64,000 nucleotides of DNA, taken from positions 71,610,001-71,674,000 of the forward strand of contig NC_043004.1 in the NCBI RefSeq assembly GCF_006345805.1, given 5' to 3'. The position numbers were made by a program, and so were the translations under genes. Position 1 is the stretch's first letter. Every line of letters begins with the position of its first letter. Below, one piece after another: positions 37,671 through 50,507 of this stretch. The notes under the pieces are model-generated. The model did no database searches and was not told the origin of the DNA. It was given only the letters and a program-made list of their open reading frames with translations. This DNA is from Octopus sinensis. Its lineage: Eukaryota.

Positions 37671-37904
37671 TTTTCAGAATGCGATAAAAATCCAAGGCTG
37701 TGAAAGATTTTAGAACATTTATAGATAGGTCTTACAGCTGTTTCCGGGATATTTTATATAACCTTTCATCGGAGGGATTTATAAATCCTCTCACAACGTC
37801 TCCGATGAAGGGATATATAAAATATCCCGGAAACAGCTGTAAAACCTATTTATAAATGTTCTGAAATCTTTCACAGTCTTGGATTTTTATTTCATTCTGA
37901 AAAT
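37669..37904. mobile_element. Fold-back element (about 106-bp arms) with a hammerhead-like motif in each arm
   Basis: Arms 37669-37774 and 37800-37904. Plus strand: CCGATGA-a-GGGATAT-ataaa-ATATCCC-g-GAAA-CAGCTG-TA (37802-37841). Confidence 0.85.
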
Positions 37905-38057
37905 TTTATTTTATATATACACATGCTGATATATGACTTAAGTTGGACTCCTCATTCGCATAATCACCGAACCTGTAACTTAACTATAGTCTGTCCATAG
38001 CACTTACTCAGCATTACCTGACACCTTTGGGTCTTATTGACACTATTACGCCTCATA

Positions 38058-38131
<74 letters not shown>

Positions 38132-38167
38132 ATATCTCTCTCTCTCTCTCTCAATATATATATATAT

Positions 38168-38604
38168 ATATAATCAAAATAAGCAACAAGGATATCCAAA
38201 GGTAGTGTAGTACAATCGTTCATGCTACTTCATTTAATTAAACAATGTAAGTATTACATCAGTTTTAAAATGCAGAGCAATCTTCAGCCACATATGGAAT
38301 TTTTTGCATTAAATTGACAATGTTCATTTTTATACTTATTCCATTTGCCATCATTACAAAGAGGGTAGGTATATAGACAGAGAGGTGAATTTCATCAGTA
38401 AGAACATGGTAGTACAAGATTTTGTACAAATGGAATAAGTATAAAAATGAACTTTGACAATTTAATTTTAAAAATTCCATATGTGGCTGAAGATTGCTCT
38501 GCATTTTAAAACTGATGTAATACTTTCATTGTTTATTAAATGAAGTAGCATGAAACGATTGTACTACACTACCTTGGATATCCTTGTGGCTTATTTTGAT
38601 TATA
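38168..38604. mobile_element. Fold-back element (about 180-bp arms) with a hammerhead-like motif in each arm
   Basis: Arms about 38168-38347 and 38427-38604. Plus strand: TGTGG-CTGAAGA-t-TGCT-(48 nt)-AGCA-t-GAAA-CGATTG-TA-CTACA (38482-38568). Confidence 0.85.
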
Positions 38605-38686
38605 ATCACCCCATTTGATTTATGTGGATAAATTCTGGTGCCTTTAACTTAAGTACCATATTCATCTGAATTAAATTTTTTCTGAA

Positions 38687-38730
<44 letters not shown>

Positions 38731-38910
38731 TCCTGGACGGGACGCCGGTCTGTCGCAAGGATTATAGTTTTACCGGCAGAGTAGACAGGAGCAACGTGAA
38801 ATGAAGTGTTTTGGTCAAGAACACAACGCGGACTCGGTCTAGGAAATGAAACCACAAACTTACGACCAGGAGTCAAACACCGTAACCACTACGCTACATG
38901 CCTCCACACG

Positions 38911-38995
<85 letters not shown>

Positions 38996-39531
38996 GTCTG
39001 TGTGGGTGCGAGGGTGAGTGTGTATGTGTGCGTGTGAAGGATTGACTGCTAGTTCTAACATGTAAGGTGTCCTGTTAGGGGTCATCTCTTTTCTGTATAA
39101 ATGTACACTAATTTTATTTGAAATATATAGGATATATATGTACATGTATGTGTGTATATATATATACAAATTGAGATAGGGGTTGTAAATGCAGGGAACT
39201 TTCGCACACACACATATATATATTTAAATATATATCTGCGCACTCATACGTACAAATAAAACCTATATTTATATCCACCCATGAATGAATATTCGCATAT
39301 ATATATAAACATATCCAAGTACGCACCTGCGTGCTCATATGTGTAATAAAAACATACATCCGTACATCCACCCACGATCATACCTATAGGTACAAAAACA
39401 TACATACGTACACATACACATTTTCACACACCTACAGAGGTTACTATTAATTTAGAATAAGTTTATTAATTATAAATTAAATTAATTATAAGTGCCAAAT
39501 AAACAAAAATAAATAATTAAATAAATAAATA

Positions 39532-39590
<59 letters not shown>

Positions 39591-40308
39591 GTATAGATAA
39601 ATAGATAAATAAAATGGAATACAAATTAAGGAGGGCACAAAGATAAACCTAATATAGTAAGTATAAGTGGATACGCCGGAATGCACCCACATGCACATAC
39701 ATGTGCATGCACGCCCTCGCACGGACACACGAGTTCATGGTCGGGCACACCCGCACATGTACCTTTCGCACACACGATCACCAAGATACACACAAGAACA
39801 CGCGTACAAGTACACGCGAATGTCCGCAAGCACAGCGCGCGAGAGTGCACACGTTAATGCACATGCACGTACGCGCACGCGTACGCTGGCGCACAAACTC
39901 CGATGCAGCGCCACCCGGGCCCACGCTTGTACCGCAGAAATTGCACAACCTCCAACAAACCAAACGTAAAAAAAAAGCCCACCTTATATGCTCATCGAGA
40001 TAAACAACTTATAGTAATTATAGACTCTTACATATTACATATTGGTATAGTAAAAACTCAAACTAGTGCCCTAAGATGTGATGCGCATATACATCTTACA
40101 CCTATAAAAGACTCTGTGGGGTTCCGAATATCATGCATATATCAGAATAACTATATATTTTTGTGTATTTTTCCAGTCGGGACAGAAACAATCAATGTAG
40201 AACACATGCATGGAGAAATAAAAAAGTTATAAAATATAAATTGTAAGGACCAATAGTACAGTCCTATATAGATGAATGCTAAAAGGTTACTGGTAGAAGA
40301 ATTAGATA

Positions 40309-42485
40309 TTATTTAAATCTAGAGAAAGTGTACGCCAATTTGTGAAGGCAAAAAAAATTCCGCTCATTAATGCTGTTAATAATGGGTTGGCCAGTTTTGA
40401 TGACGAGGAAAATTTCATTGATACATAAAGAGCATTTTTTATTTCTAGTATTGTATACAGGTGCAGATGTTAGTATTTCCCAATCTAATTTAAAATCTAT
40501 GTTCTTACTCTTGAGTTCCCAGATATACGTACTTAACCCCGTAGAGTTCATCCTATTTTTATTTTTAAAAGTATATATATGATAGTTTAGCCGTTGTTTT
40601 ATACTATTTTTAGTCGCACCAATGTACACCCTGCTATTATATTGTGTATTTACAGTGCATTGGTAAACCACCTCTCTCCTCAGGTATTTATTACCAAACA
40701 CACATTGATCCTTGCTTCTGCAATTGCAGCCATTAACAGATTGAGGAGATTTAACCCTGGCAGAAATCTCCGTAGCCCTATTTCTGTTGATATTATTGCA
40801 CTTATTTTCACTACTACCCATGTTTATCTTTCTATCATTATAGAAGCAATCCAATTTCTTGTTGTTGAAGGAGGAGATGATGGTGGCTAGATTATTCGTG
40901 ATACTATATCCTATTCTAATAGTTCTATTGTTAATTATTTGGCTAAATTTATTCTTACTCTTAGTAAATAGTATATATATTACTTTATGTATAGTTCTGA
41001 CTATATCCGTTTTAATCTGCATTGCATATGGTATTATTAGCCATAGTGTATCGTCATCACTATGTGGATTACTCCTCAAGTTGTTACTCTTGGGAAAAAC
41101 TCTATTATTCTTCCAATCCATATGCTTTCTACCCTTAGTATTGTCAATATAATGCCTAGAATTCCCCTTTAGATTGGTTTTATTAGTGACTTTATTGTTA
41201 TTCTTATTCTTCTCATTATTATTGTTTAGATGAACTCCATTATTACCATAAATATTATCAATGTTACTATGCCTATTGTTAATATCCCCACTCCTAATAA
41301 TTCCACCTGTGTTCGAAGGATTATTATTGGGTATATACCAAATTTTATTTTTGTAGCCTGCCTTCAGCAATGCCGTGTTGTATTTTTCACAATGCTTATT
41401 GAATATGTCCTCGTTTGAGGATAGATTAGAGATTCTCTGACTAATACTTCGTACCAGTGACTTTTTAATTTGAGTGGGGTGATTGCTAGAGTGGTTTATA
41501 AATACTAAGTTAGAATTAGGTTTAATATACGGTTCATGCATTCCGTTAGTAAGGTTGCAATTGACATCTAAATAATTGGCAGAGTAGTTTTCATTTTCAA
41601 TAACTATTAAAAAAAATTATGTTGTCGTTTTTTCAGTAATTCTAGCCTCCTATTAGAAGTGTTTCTGACTAGAAATAAAGTGTCGTCCCTATATAGTCCG
41701 CCCTTTAATTCAGGGAATTCCCTATTAAAGTTATCAAGTAGATACATCCCCACTAGATCCGTAACTTCCGCTGAATCCGGCGAGCCCATGGTTATGTCAA
41801 ATAAATTGGGTGTGTCTTTTCTATCCCATAGTTTGTTATCAAACTCTATTAATGTTTTTCTAGCTGTTAAGATAACCTTTATCTCCCCCATACTTAAGTT
41901 GGTATGTTTCCTAGCAAAAATTAAAGCCTTATTTAGTATAATAGGGTTAATGGAGGAGTAGTAATTTTGTATATCAAATTGGATAAATTTATTGCTACTG
42001 CTATCACTAACCTGAATTGTAGAGAACCAATCCAATGCACCCTGGGTGTTTTTCCATAGGCTGAGTTTAATCTTGTTACGTATAGTTGGTAAGTATTTGT
42101 CTAGAATAATTTTACTCAATTTGCCTAAGTCTGACTTGGTAGGGCAAATCAGTCTGACCTGAGTGTTACCAAGGAAGTTTTCCTTGTGGTCTTTAAGTGT
42201 AATTCTCGGTCTCATGGGGGGTATAAGGTTCGGAACCCACACCAGAGGAGGTTAAAGGAACTAATAAGAACTCTTAAGGGTAAGGATGGTATTTTAACCC
42301 ATTCTGATAAAACTAGTAACATTTATAATATTGACATCCTCGCATACCATGAACTATTGCATAAAGAAATTACAAAGAAGTATAAAACTGTACCTTTCAA
42401 TATACTTAGAGAACTAAGCTTAGAGATAAGAGATATAATGTTTGATTATTATCTGGAAGATAAAACCGAACCTTATACCCCCATG
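40309..42485 (-). mobile_element. Penelope-like element A (RT plus GIY-YIG; GLYRDD-type RT), 5'-truncated with 5' inversion
   Basis: Minus ORFs 41607-42242 (LKDHKENF, FDIQNYY, FDITMGSPDSAEV, GLYRDD) and 40309-41541 (SNHP, CNC, VVYQC...YIGAT, CSLC). The upstream RT segment (DKTSNIY) lies inverted on plus at 42234-42485. Confidence 0.9.
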
Positions 42486-43838
42486 TCTAGTACTGGTAGT
42501 CTATGGTTGGCGTGTTTAGTGGGGTAGTCTATTGTGACTTTAATACTCTGGTGGATGGAGTTAGCTACTTGCTGGATGCTCTCCATAGTATTAGTTTCTA
42601 TAACTATATCAACATTACTCTCTTGTGGGGGTGCCTTTACCACTATGTTGATATCATCAACATAGCGAGAGTACATGTTTACGAGTATGGAGTTCTGTGT
42701 AGGGTGTTCTTTAAGCTTTCTGTCCCACCATACCATGAAAAGGTTGGCCACATCACCAGCGATACTAACGCCGATGGCTGCCCCCTCGTCCTGGGCATAT
42801 ATTTTATTATTAAACTTAAACGTGTAGCCTTTTAGGGTAACTCTTATACTAGCTCCTAGTGCATGTGCGATCATTTTCAGACACTGAACCCTGGCTAGAA
42901 ATTGTGAATAATAAAACCCAAATCCTTCATTCATACTATGCCAAACCTATGACCTCAAAATACTTGATCCACCGGAACTCAGCCATTGCGGACAATGCCA
43001 AATTCAATATTTTGATGGCAGACCTCGTCAGAATAATGAGAAATGTGTCACACATGTGCGAGACCACAGAGGTTAAGAGACACATACAATATTTCATTCA
43101 CCGCATGCAGTTCTCAGGTTACAGCCATAAAGAAAGGATCAGAGTATACAAAGGAGCCATGAAGAAATTTGATAATATATTATGTAATGATAGGAATAGG
43201 ATTTGCCCACTCTATAGAAACAAGTCATGGAACACTGTAGAAAGGACAAAAAAGAAAATAGGGAAGGCCAACTCTTGGTATGATAGCCATAAATACCAGA
43301 ATGTCATGTTCGTTGACACCACCCCTGGAGGTGAACTGGCGTACCGCTTTAGAAGTACCCTAGACAAACTTAAGCTAAGAATTAAGGTTGTTGAAAAGCC
43401 AGGCAACCCTATCAAATCTATAATTGGTAGAACCTATCCTTTTAGTAGAACCCCCTGTACGGATAAGTACTGTACTGTATGTAGATTTAGTCCACAAACA
43501 AACTGTAAACCCAGAAATGTAGTCTATAGTATAATATGTATAGAAGGACGATGCAGTAACAAGACAACGACATACGTAGGGGAAACGGCAAGAAGCATAG
43601 GAGGCGGGTAAATGTACATTGGAGACAACTCAAGGAAGGTAAAAGCTCATCGATTCTGTACCAACACGCCGAACAGGAACACGGGGGATCAATCAATAAC
43701 ATAGAAATTAAAATATTGTCCACACATAGAACAGATGCAACAATTAGACAAATTACAGAAGCTACACACATAATAGAAGATAAACCTAGCCTGAATAGAA
43801 AACTAGAATGGAGCACTAGCACACACCACAACATATGA
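42484..43838 (+). mobile_element. Penelope-like element B (YVDD-type RT plus GIY-YIG), 5'-truncated with 5' inversion
   Basis: RT core on minus 42484-42880 (QDEGAAIGVSIAGDVANLFM, YSRYVDD, LPVLD). It continues on plus from about 42879 (DTEPWLE...YYAKPM...VVYSIIC...YVGETARS). After a frameshift near 43605 comes HAEQEH...RQITEA...LNRKLEW, with stop at 43836-43838. Confidence 0.9.
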
Positions 43839-44463
43839 CGATAGAGGATCCCGAAAACGTAATAAATACACAGATAAATAAACAAATAGAAATAAATAAC
43901 TATATATGTATATATTTTTTTTTCTCGATTCGATTTATTATTATTATTACTAGTATTGTTGTTATACATACATACATACAAGCATATGCAATGATAATAA
44001 GTGGATGTAAACACATGAACAAAATAAGAATAAACAAAAACAACAACAACAAAAACAAAATACAAATTACATGAACGTATATAAACAGAAGATACAAATA
44101 TTACGGGCATCCCCCCACATACACACACTAAATAAACATAGACGCACATAGAGATATAAGCATGCGCAAATGAAAACATACAATAGAAATACAAAATGGC
44201 TGACGGTTAGTAAGGAGAGACACAAATAAGAAAGAAGAAAACAAAGGACCATGATGCGGTCACAGGAGTGTGACGAAAGAACTCTGGCCGAAATAAGATT
44301 AAGATTAATGTAAAAAATAAATAACACTGAAGCAAAAAACACCAAATATATAGTGCGTGTGTTTTTATTAGCTAAAGTGGCAAAATGACCATTCCGAAAT
44401 ATAACAATATCTGTTTCAACACACGACTTTACATAAAAATTCTTGCACAACAAATATTTAAAC

Positions 44464-44751
<288 letters not shown>

Positions 44752-45682
44752 GTGTGTGTGCGTGCGCGCTTGGGTGTATGTATGTGTGGGTTTGAATATC
44801 TCATTACAAATTTTGTTATGACGACATTGGTGTGTGTACAAGGGGGTAGGAATAGTAATAACCAAATAAATATTGGGCTATGGTCATCTAGAATAACCTT
44901 TTGCAGAATTAATATGTTCACACAGAACGTACTCTGTACTACGCCAATCGTAGATACGATATTAATCTAATACGGTAATTCAACGTGAACGATCACTGAT
45001 GTCAACTGCCCATTGTCAACTGGCGACTATCAAATGCCTGCTGTCAACTGCAGAGAGTTCACACAATTTCATTATTTTGTGTCACTTGGGGTTTTGTCTT
45101 GATGTTTCCCTAATAGTATGTATGTATGGAAGTGTGTATGGATGTATGCATGCATGCATGTATGGATCATGTATATTATACAAAGGCACCAAATCCTCTC
45201 CGTACTCTGCGTCCACCTTATTGCAGTAATGGAGACAAAGTTACTGCTAATCTGAACATATGACTGAAAATAATGTTTCCAGAAATTTTATTTTCATATC
45301 CATTCGTCATTATTCCGTGAAGCGTAGTTCAAACAATTAAGATAAAGTATTTGTCCTACAAACGCAATGAAATTCACGCAGTTACTGTTAAGTCAATAGT
45401 TATCACTTCGTTGTACATTTTCACCGCTCATACATTGCACAAAAATGCATGCACATCCTATCTCTCTTTATTCTCCCAACATACATTTTTCTTCTCATTA
45501 CCCCCTTACAACTGTCTCACTCCATTTCCTCTTTGTCACTCTCCATCTCTCTCTTGACATCTGACACTCATACTCATACCTTTCTCTCCATCTGCCTTGC
45601 GCCCTCCTCTTTTCTCACTCTGTCACATTCTCGCCTTCCTTGTCTGATTCACACCTGATTTCATTCAACATTTTATTTGCAG

Positions 45683-45834
45683 GAGAAAGTCGTATTGACA
45701 ATAAATAATATTGAAATTCAATCTTTAACTTTCAATGGAAGAGATAAGTCTTCAATGATGTGGTTCCATCCCAACAATCTTCTTGCAACACCGTGGTTTG
45801 GAAATGTAGCAGCAACGTACAAGATATTGGGTGG
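45683..45834 (+). CDS. Paralogous copy of exon 3 (duplicated gene segment; function uncertain)
   Basis: Same acceptor context (ttttatttgcag), phase 0 to 2 (GG|gtatat), open: EKVVLTINNIEIQSLTFNGRDKSSMMWFHPNNLLATPWFGNVAATYKILG. 22 of 49 residues identical to exon 3 by manual count. Confidence 0.65.
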
Positions 45835-46514
45835 GTATATATTAACATTTTCTTATTTATTGCTTTTATAGGTTTATTGCTGATAATTATGATTTCTCGC
45901 CGAGGCAGACTGTTATATATTTTGGAAGATGGCTAAAGTCAACAATGGTACATCGATCTAAGTAATTAACTAATATTAATTTATCGACAATGATATCAAG
46001 CATGAACCTGGCAGGATTCAGAATCAAAACATTGAGGAACAAAAGTAACTACAATATGCCTTAGTGTTTGCAATCTTAACTTTAATACTTTTAAATGACG
46101 ACGATGATGATGATGATGTTTTAATGATGATGATGGTGATGAGGATAATTATGATGATGATAGTGATGATCACGTCTACTATGGGCGCAGAGCCCGAAAG
46201 TTTAGGGGAGGGAACTAGTCGATTAAATCGACCTCGGGATTTAATTGGTACTTGATTCATCGACGAGGAAACGATGAAAGGCAAAGTCGATATTGGTAGA
46301 ATTTGAACTCAGAACATAGTGGCAGAAAAAATATCGCTAAGATTTTGCCCGGCTTCCTGACGATTCTGCCAGCTCGCTGCCTCGATGATGATGGTGATGA
46401 TGATGATTATGATGATGATACTAATAATAATAATAATAATAATAATAATTATAATATTCATAATAATAATAATAATAATAATAATAATCATAATAATAAT
46501 AATAATAATAATAA

Positions 46515-47560
46515 TAAGGAAGCTGACAAATACAAACAAGAAATCATACCACCAACAAATATGAAGAAGAAGAAGAAAAAGAAGAAGCAGAAGAAGAAGA
46601 AAAAGAAGACGAAAAAGAAGAAGAAGAAGAAGAAGAAGAAGAAGAAGAAGAAGAAGAAGAAGAAGAAAACACAACAAAAGCTATAAAACAAAAGAAATCC
46701 AAACTAAAGCTACAACAACAACGGACCATGATAAAATGATGGCAAGAAAAGCCCCTTCATGGCAAATACTGGACTAACCTAAATTCAAAAGAAAAAGACA
46801 AAGAAAAATCCCAGCAACGGTTGAGAAGCTCAGGATTCAGAGTAGAGTCAGAGGGATATTTAATTGCAGCACAAGACGATAGCTTCCCCACCAGAAATTA
46901 CCAAAAACATGTAATGAAAAGAAATATAACAAGTAACTGCAGAATATGTGGAAATGGACAAGAAACAATAAATCATATTATCACTGGCTGCCCAGTCCTG
47001 GCTGAAAAGGAATATAATCACAGACGCGACAGAGTTGGGACCTACATACACTGGAAGCTATGCCAACATTATGGAATAACAACAGAAAAAAGATGGTATA
47101 GGCACACACCAGAAAAGGTCACAGAAAACGAGAACGCAGCCATACTCTGGGATATGCCAACACACACAGATAGAGAAATTAAGGCCAACAGACCAGATAT
47201 AGTTGTCAGAGATCATGAAGAAAAAAATACTTTCTAATTGAAGAAGTATCAATACCAGCAGATGACAACGTATCTCTAAAAGAAATGGAGAAACCTTCAA
47301 AATACAAAGACCTGGAAATAGAGGTAACTAGAATGTGGAATCTAAAAACAGAAACAATTCCTATCATTGTAGGTGCATTAGGCATGATAACAATATTCAG
47401 AGAAATATATAACAAAAACACCAGGACTTACAAACACATATAACATACAGAAAATTTCACTGCTAGGCACTGCACACATCCTACGCAGAACACTTTCAAT
47501 ACAGTAACCCAAGGCACACAGAGCTGCACTTGGTAGTGAAGTGAAAGCACGCTATAAAAA
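46515..47560 (+). mobile_element. 5'-truncated R4/Dong-type RLE retrotransposon in (AAT)n, with an internal (GAA)n expansion
   Basis: WQEKPLHGKY, EGYLIAAQD, CRICGNGQETINHIITGC, NRPDIV. (AAT)n on both sides; (GAA)n at about 46561-46666. Confidence 0.9.
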
Positions 47561-47567
47561 TATTATT

Positions 47568-47615
<48 letters not shown>

Positions 47616-47619
47616 TGCC

Positions 47620-48110
47620 CTGATGATCTTAACCGATTGGAAGTGTTATCATGTACATTGTTTTGTCTTTGATGGGCTACAGCAAATATTCTGCTCAATT
47701 CCACAGATTTGCTTGTCAGTTGTTTGACCCTAATCAATTGACCATGTTCCTTAGTGGCTGACGATATGTACATCTCTGATCGCAAGCAGGAGTAGTGGAG
47801 AGCATCATAGCCATGTGTTGAGAGCGATTCTTTGGGGTTTGAATAATTCCCCTCTGGAAACTGGGTGCTTCGTTCAACATCCTTAAACAACCCTTATTCA
47901 GGGACATTTTGAGCGGGATGGGTTACTCGACCAGAAGGAAATTCTAGCTTGGCCCCACCTGCAAGGTCATGTGCTGTTTATCTTGATATGAGATAATCAT
48001 GTTGTGCACATATGGTTGTGATGCATGTGCCTGGTGTACCCTTATCAGACTGGTAGTCATGATGGGTATATTGGGCTTCTTATATTTTACCCCAGTGTCA
48101 CTTTGATGTC
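47620..48110 (-). mobile_element. Interspersed retroposon-like repeat with (ATT)n tail; second partial copy at about 49262-49480
   Basis: gatgggctacagcaaatattctgctcaa...cttagtggctgacgatatg...catcatagccatgtgttgagag occurs twice. Confidence 0.65.
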
Positions 48111-48357
48111 ATGCACTGCTCTCTCACTCAATAATAATAATAATCATATTAACAGCAACAATAATAATAGTAATAATAATAACAACAATAATACTAATGA
48201 TGATGATGATGATGATGATGATAATGATGATAATTCTTTTTACCAAATGCACAAGGCCAGTAATTTGGTTGGGTAGGGTTAGTAGATTACGTCGGTCCTA
48301 GTTTTCCACTTAATTTATCGTCCACGAAAGGATGAAAGACAAAGTAGACCTCGGCGA

Positions 48358-48427
<70 letters not shown>

Positions 48428-48429
48428 TT

Positions 48430-49252
48430 AAACGCAAAAGAAATAGACAAAAAAATATCCCAGCAATGGTTGAGAAGCTCAGGACTCAAAGCAGAAACAG
48501 AGGGATTTTTAATTGCAGCACAAGACCAAAGCCTCCCCACCAGAAATTACCAAAAACATGTAATGAAAAGAAATATTACAAGTAACTGCAGAATATGTGG
48601 AGATGGACAAGAAACAATAAATCATATTATCTCTAGCTGCCCAGTCCTGGCTAAGAAGGAATATATTCACAGACATGACAGAGTTGGAACCTACATACAT
48701 TGGAAGCTATGCCAACATTATGGAATAACAACAGAAAAAGATGGTATAGGCACACACCAGAAAAGGTCACAGAAAACGAGAAAGCAACCATACTCTGGGA
48801 TATGCCGATACACACAGATAGAGAAATTAAGGCCAACAGACCAGATATAGTTGTCAGAGATCATGAAGAAAAAAAATGCTTTCTAATTGATGTATCAATA
48901 CCGACAGATGACAACGTGTCTCTAAAGAAATGGAGAAACTCTCAAAATACAAAGACCTGGAAATAGAGGTAACTAGAATGTGGAACCTGAAAACAGAAAC
49001 AATTCCTATCATAGTAGGTGCATTAGGCATGATAAAAAAATATTCAGACAAATACATAACAAAAACACCAGGACTTACAAACACATATAACATACAGAAA
49101 ATTGCACTACTAGGCACTGCACACATCCTACGCAGAACACTTTCCATACAATAACCATCAGAGCATCACAACAAATCACAGCACATACCCAAGGCACACA
49201 GAGCTGCGCTCGGTAGTGAAGTGAAAGCACGCTATAAAAATAAAACTACTGA
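48430..49252 (+). mobile_element. 5'-truncated R4/Dong-type RLE retrotransposon in (AAT)n, nearly intact 3' ORF
   Basis: ETEGFLIAAQDQSL, CRICGDGQETINHIISSC, RHDRVG, RPDIV, LIDVSIP, KYKDL, PIIVGALG. (AAT)n at 48359-48428 and from 49251. Confidence 0.92.
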
Positions 49253-49882
49253 ATAATAATAATTGTTTTGTCTTGGTATAAAAGATGGGCTCAGCAAATA
49301 TTCTGCTCAATGCCACAGATTTGCTTGTCAGTTGTTTGACCTTAACCAGTTGTTCATGTCCCTTAGTGGCTGACGATATGTGCATCTCTGATCACAAGCA
49401 GGAGTAGTGGGGGAGCATCATAGCCATGTGTTGAGAGAGATTCTTTGGGGTTTGAATAATTCACCTCTGGAAATAAAGATGTAGATATAAATTTTAGGAA
49501 CATGAGGATGTGTGGTTCAGATGCTAACTGACCAAAACTCTGCTTGTAACTGACTGCTGTAAGAAATTTCTTTAGCCATAAGGATCAGGGCAAGGGAAGG
49601 CAAGGAATTCAAGCCAGCTGTAGAAAGAGGAGAAAATACAGAATACATAGAGGAAGTTCAGGTTGTCACTAGAACAAAAAGTCAATTTATCTATGTGGTG
49701 ACAAGAACATTAGGTCAGTGTCGAGAGTTCATCCAACTCTTAGGAACATATTCTAATCAGATACCAACTGACCAAAACTCTGCCGCAAATTTTTATGGGT
49801 AACACCATACAAAATTCTGCTGCATCTAAATTAAGTACCATATTCATTTGAATCTCTCTCTATATATATATGTATATATATA

Positions 49883-49937
<55 letters not shown>

Positions 49938-50061
49938 TGAGGATACTACTATTCGTAGATACCAACACGCTAAGAGGGACCAATGCGGTCAAAACTACTT
50001 AAAATAAACAAATTTTACTGAATGCAAAACTTCAAAACACATCATTTTAAAAAGGAATTCA

Positions 50062-50125
50062 GTTACATATCACATGTGATTTCGCATTTAATGCAGAATA
50101 TGCATTTCATGTTCGTCAGTGCAAC
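50062..50125 (-). ncRNA. Type I hammerhead ribozyme (predicted; mirror copy)
   Basis: Exact reverse complement of 50444-50507. Confidence 0.8.
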
Positions 50126-50443
50126 AAACTCAAGAAATATAAGAGAAAACATAACATTACAAGCTCGATAGCCAACCGTAGAATTCGTCGTAGCATGTAC
50201 GAATGTTTATCTTTACATATCTATGAAAATGGCGGGCTTATTCGCAATGCATTTCGGTGACAAATTGTCTAGGCGGAATAAAAATTCAGTATTGAACTAT
50301 TCCGGTGCATTGCGAAATGCATTGCGAATAAGCCCGCCATTCTCATAGATATGTAAAGATAAACATTCGTACATACTACGACGAATTCTACGGTTGGCTA
50401 TCGAGCTTGTAATGTTATGTTTTCTCTTATATTTCTTGAGTTT

Positions 50444-50507
50444 GTTGCACTGACGAACATGAAATGCATATTCTGCATTAAATGCGAAATCACATGTGAT
50501 ATGTAAC
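50444..50507 (+). ncRNA. Type I hammerhead ribozyme (predicted)
   Basis: Stem I GTTGCA/TGTAAC; core CTGACGA 50450-50456; stem II CAT..AATGCA-tattc-TGCATT..ATG; GAAA 50486-50489; palindromic stem III ATCACATGTGAT; AUA cleavage site ending at 50501. Confidence 0.8.

Noticed and set aside
39660-39960. CpG-rich alternating purine-pyrimidine tract with CCGATGC...GAAA
   Set aside because: Low-complexity (CACG/CGCA) sequence; spacing and stems do not fit a hammerhead.
40116-40128. gtggggttccgaa resembles the reverse complement of the PLE A inversion junction (42229-42240)
   Set aside because: The junction bases are explained by the element's own upstream coding sequence (NPHQ); a 12-nt match may be chance.
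42859-44200. Possible selenoprotein-type (Naiad-like) recoding in PLE B
   Set aside because: No in-frame UGA in the coding part (the break at about 43605 is a frameshift) and no convincing SECIS stem downstream.
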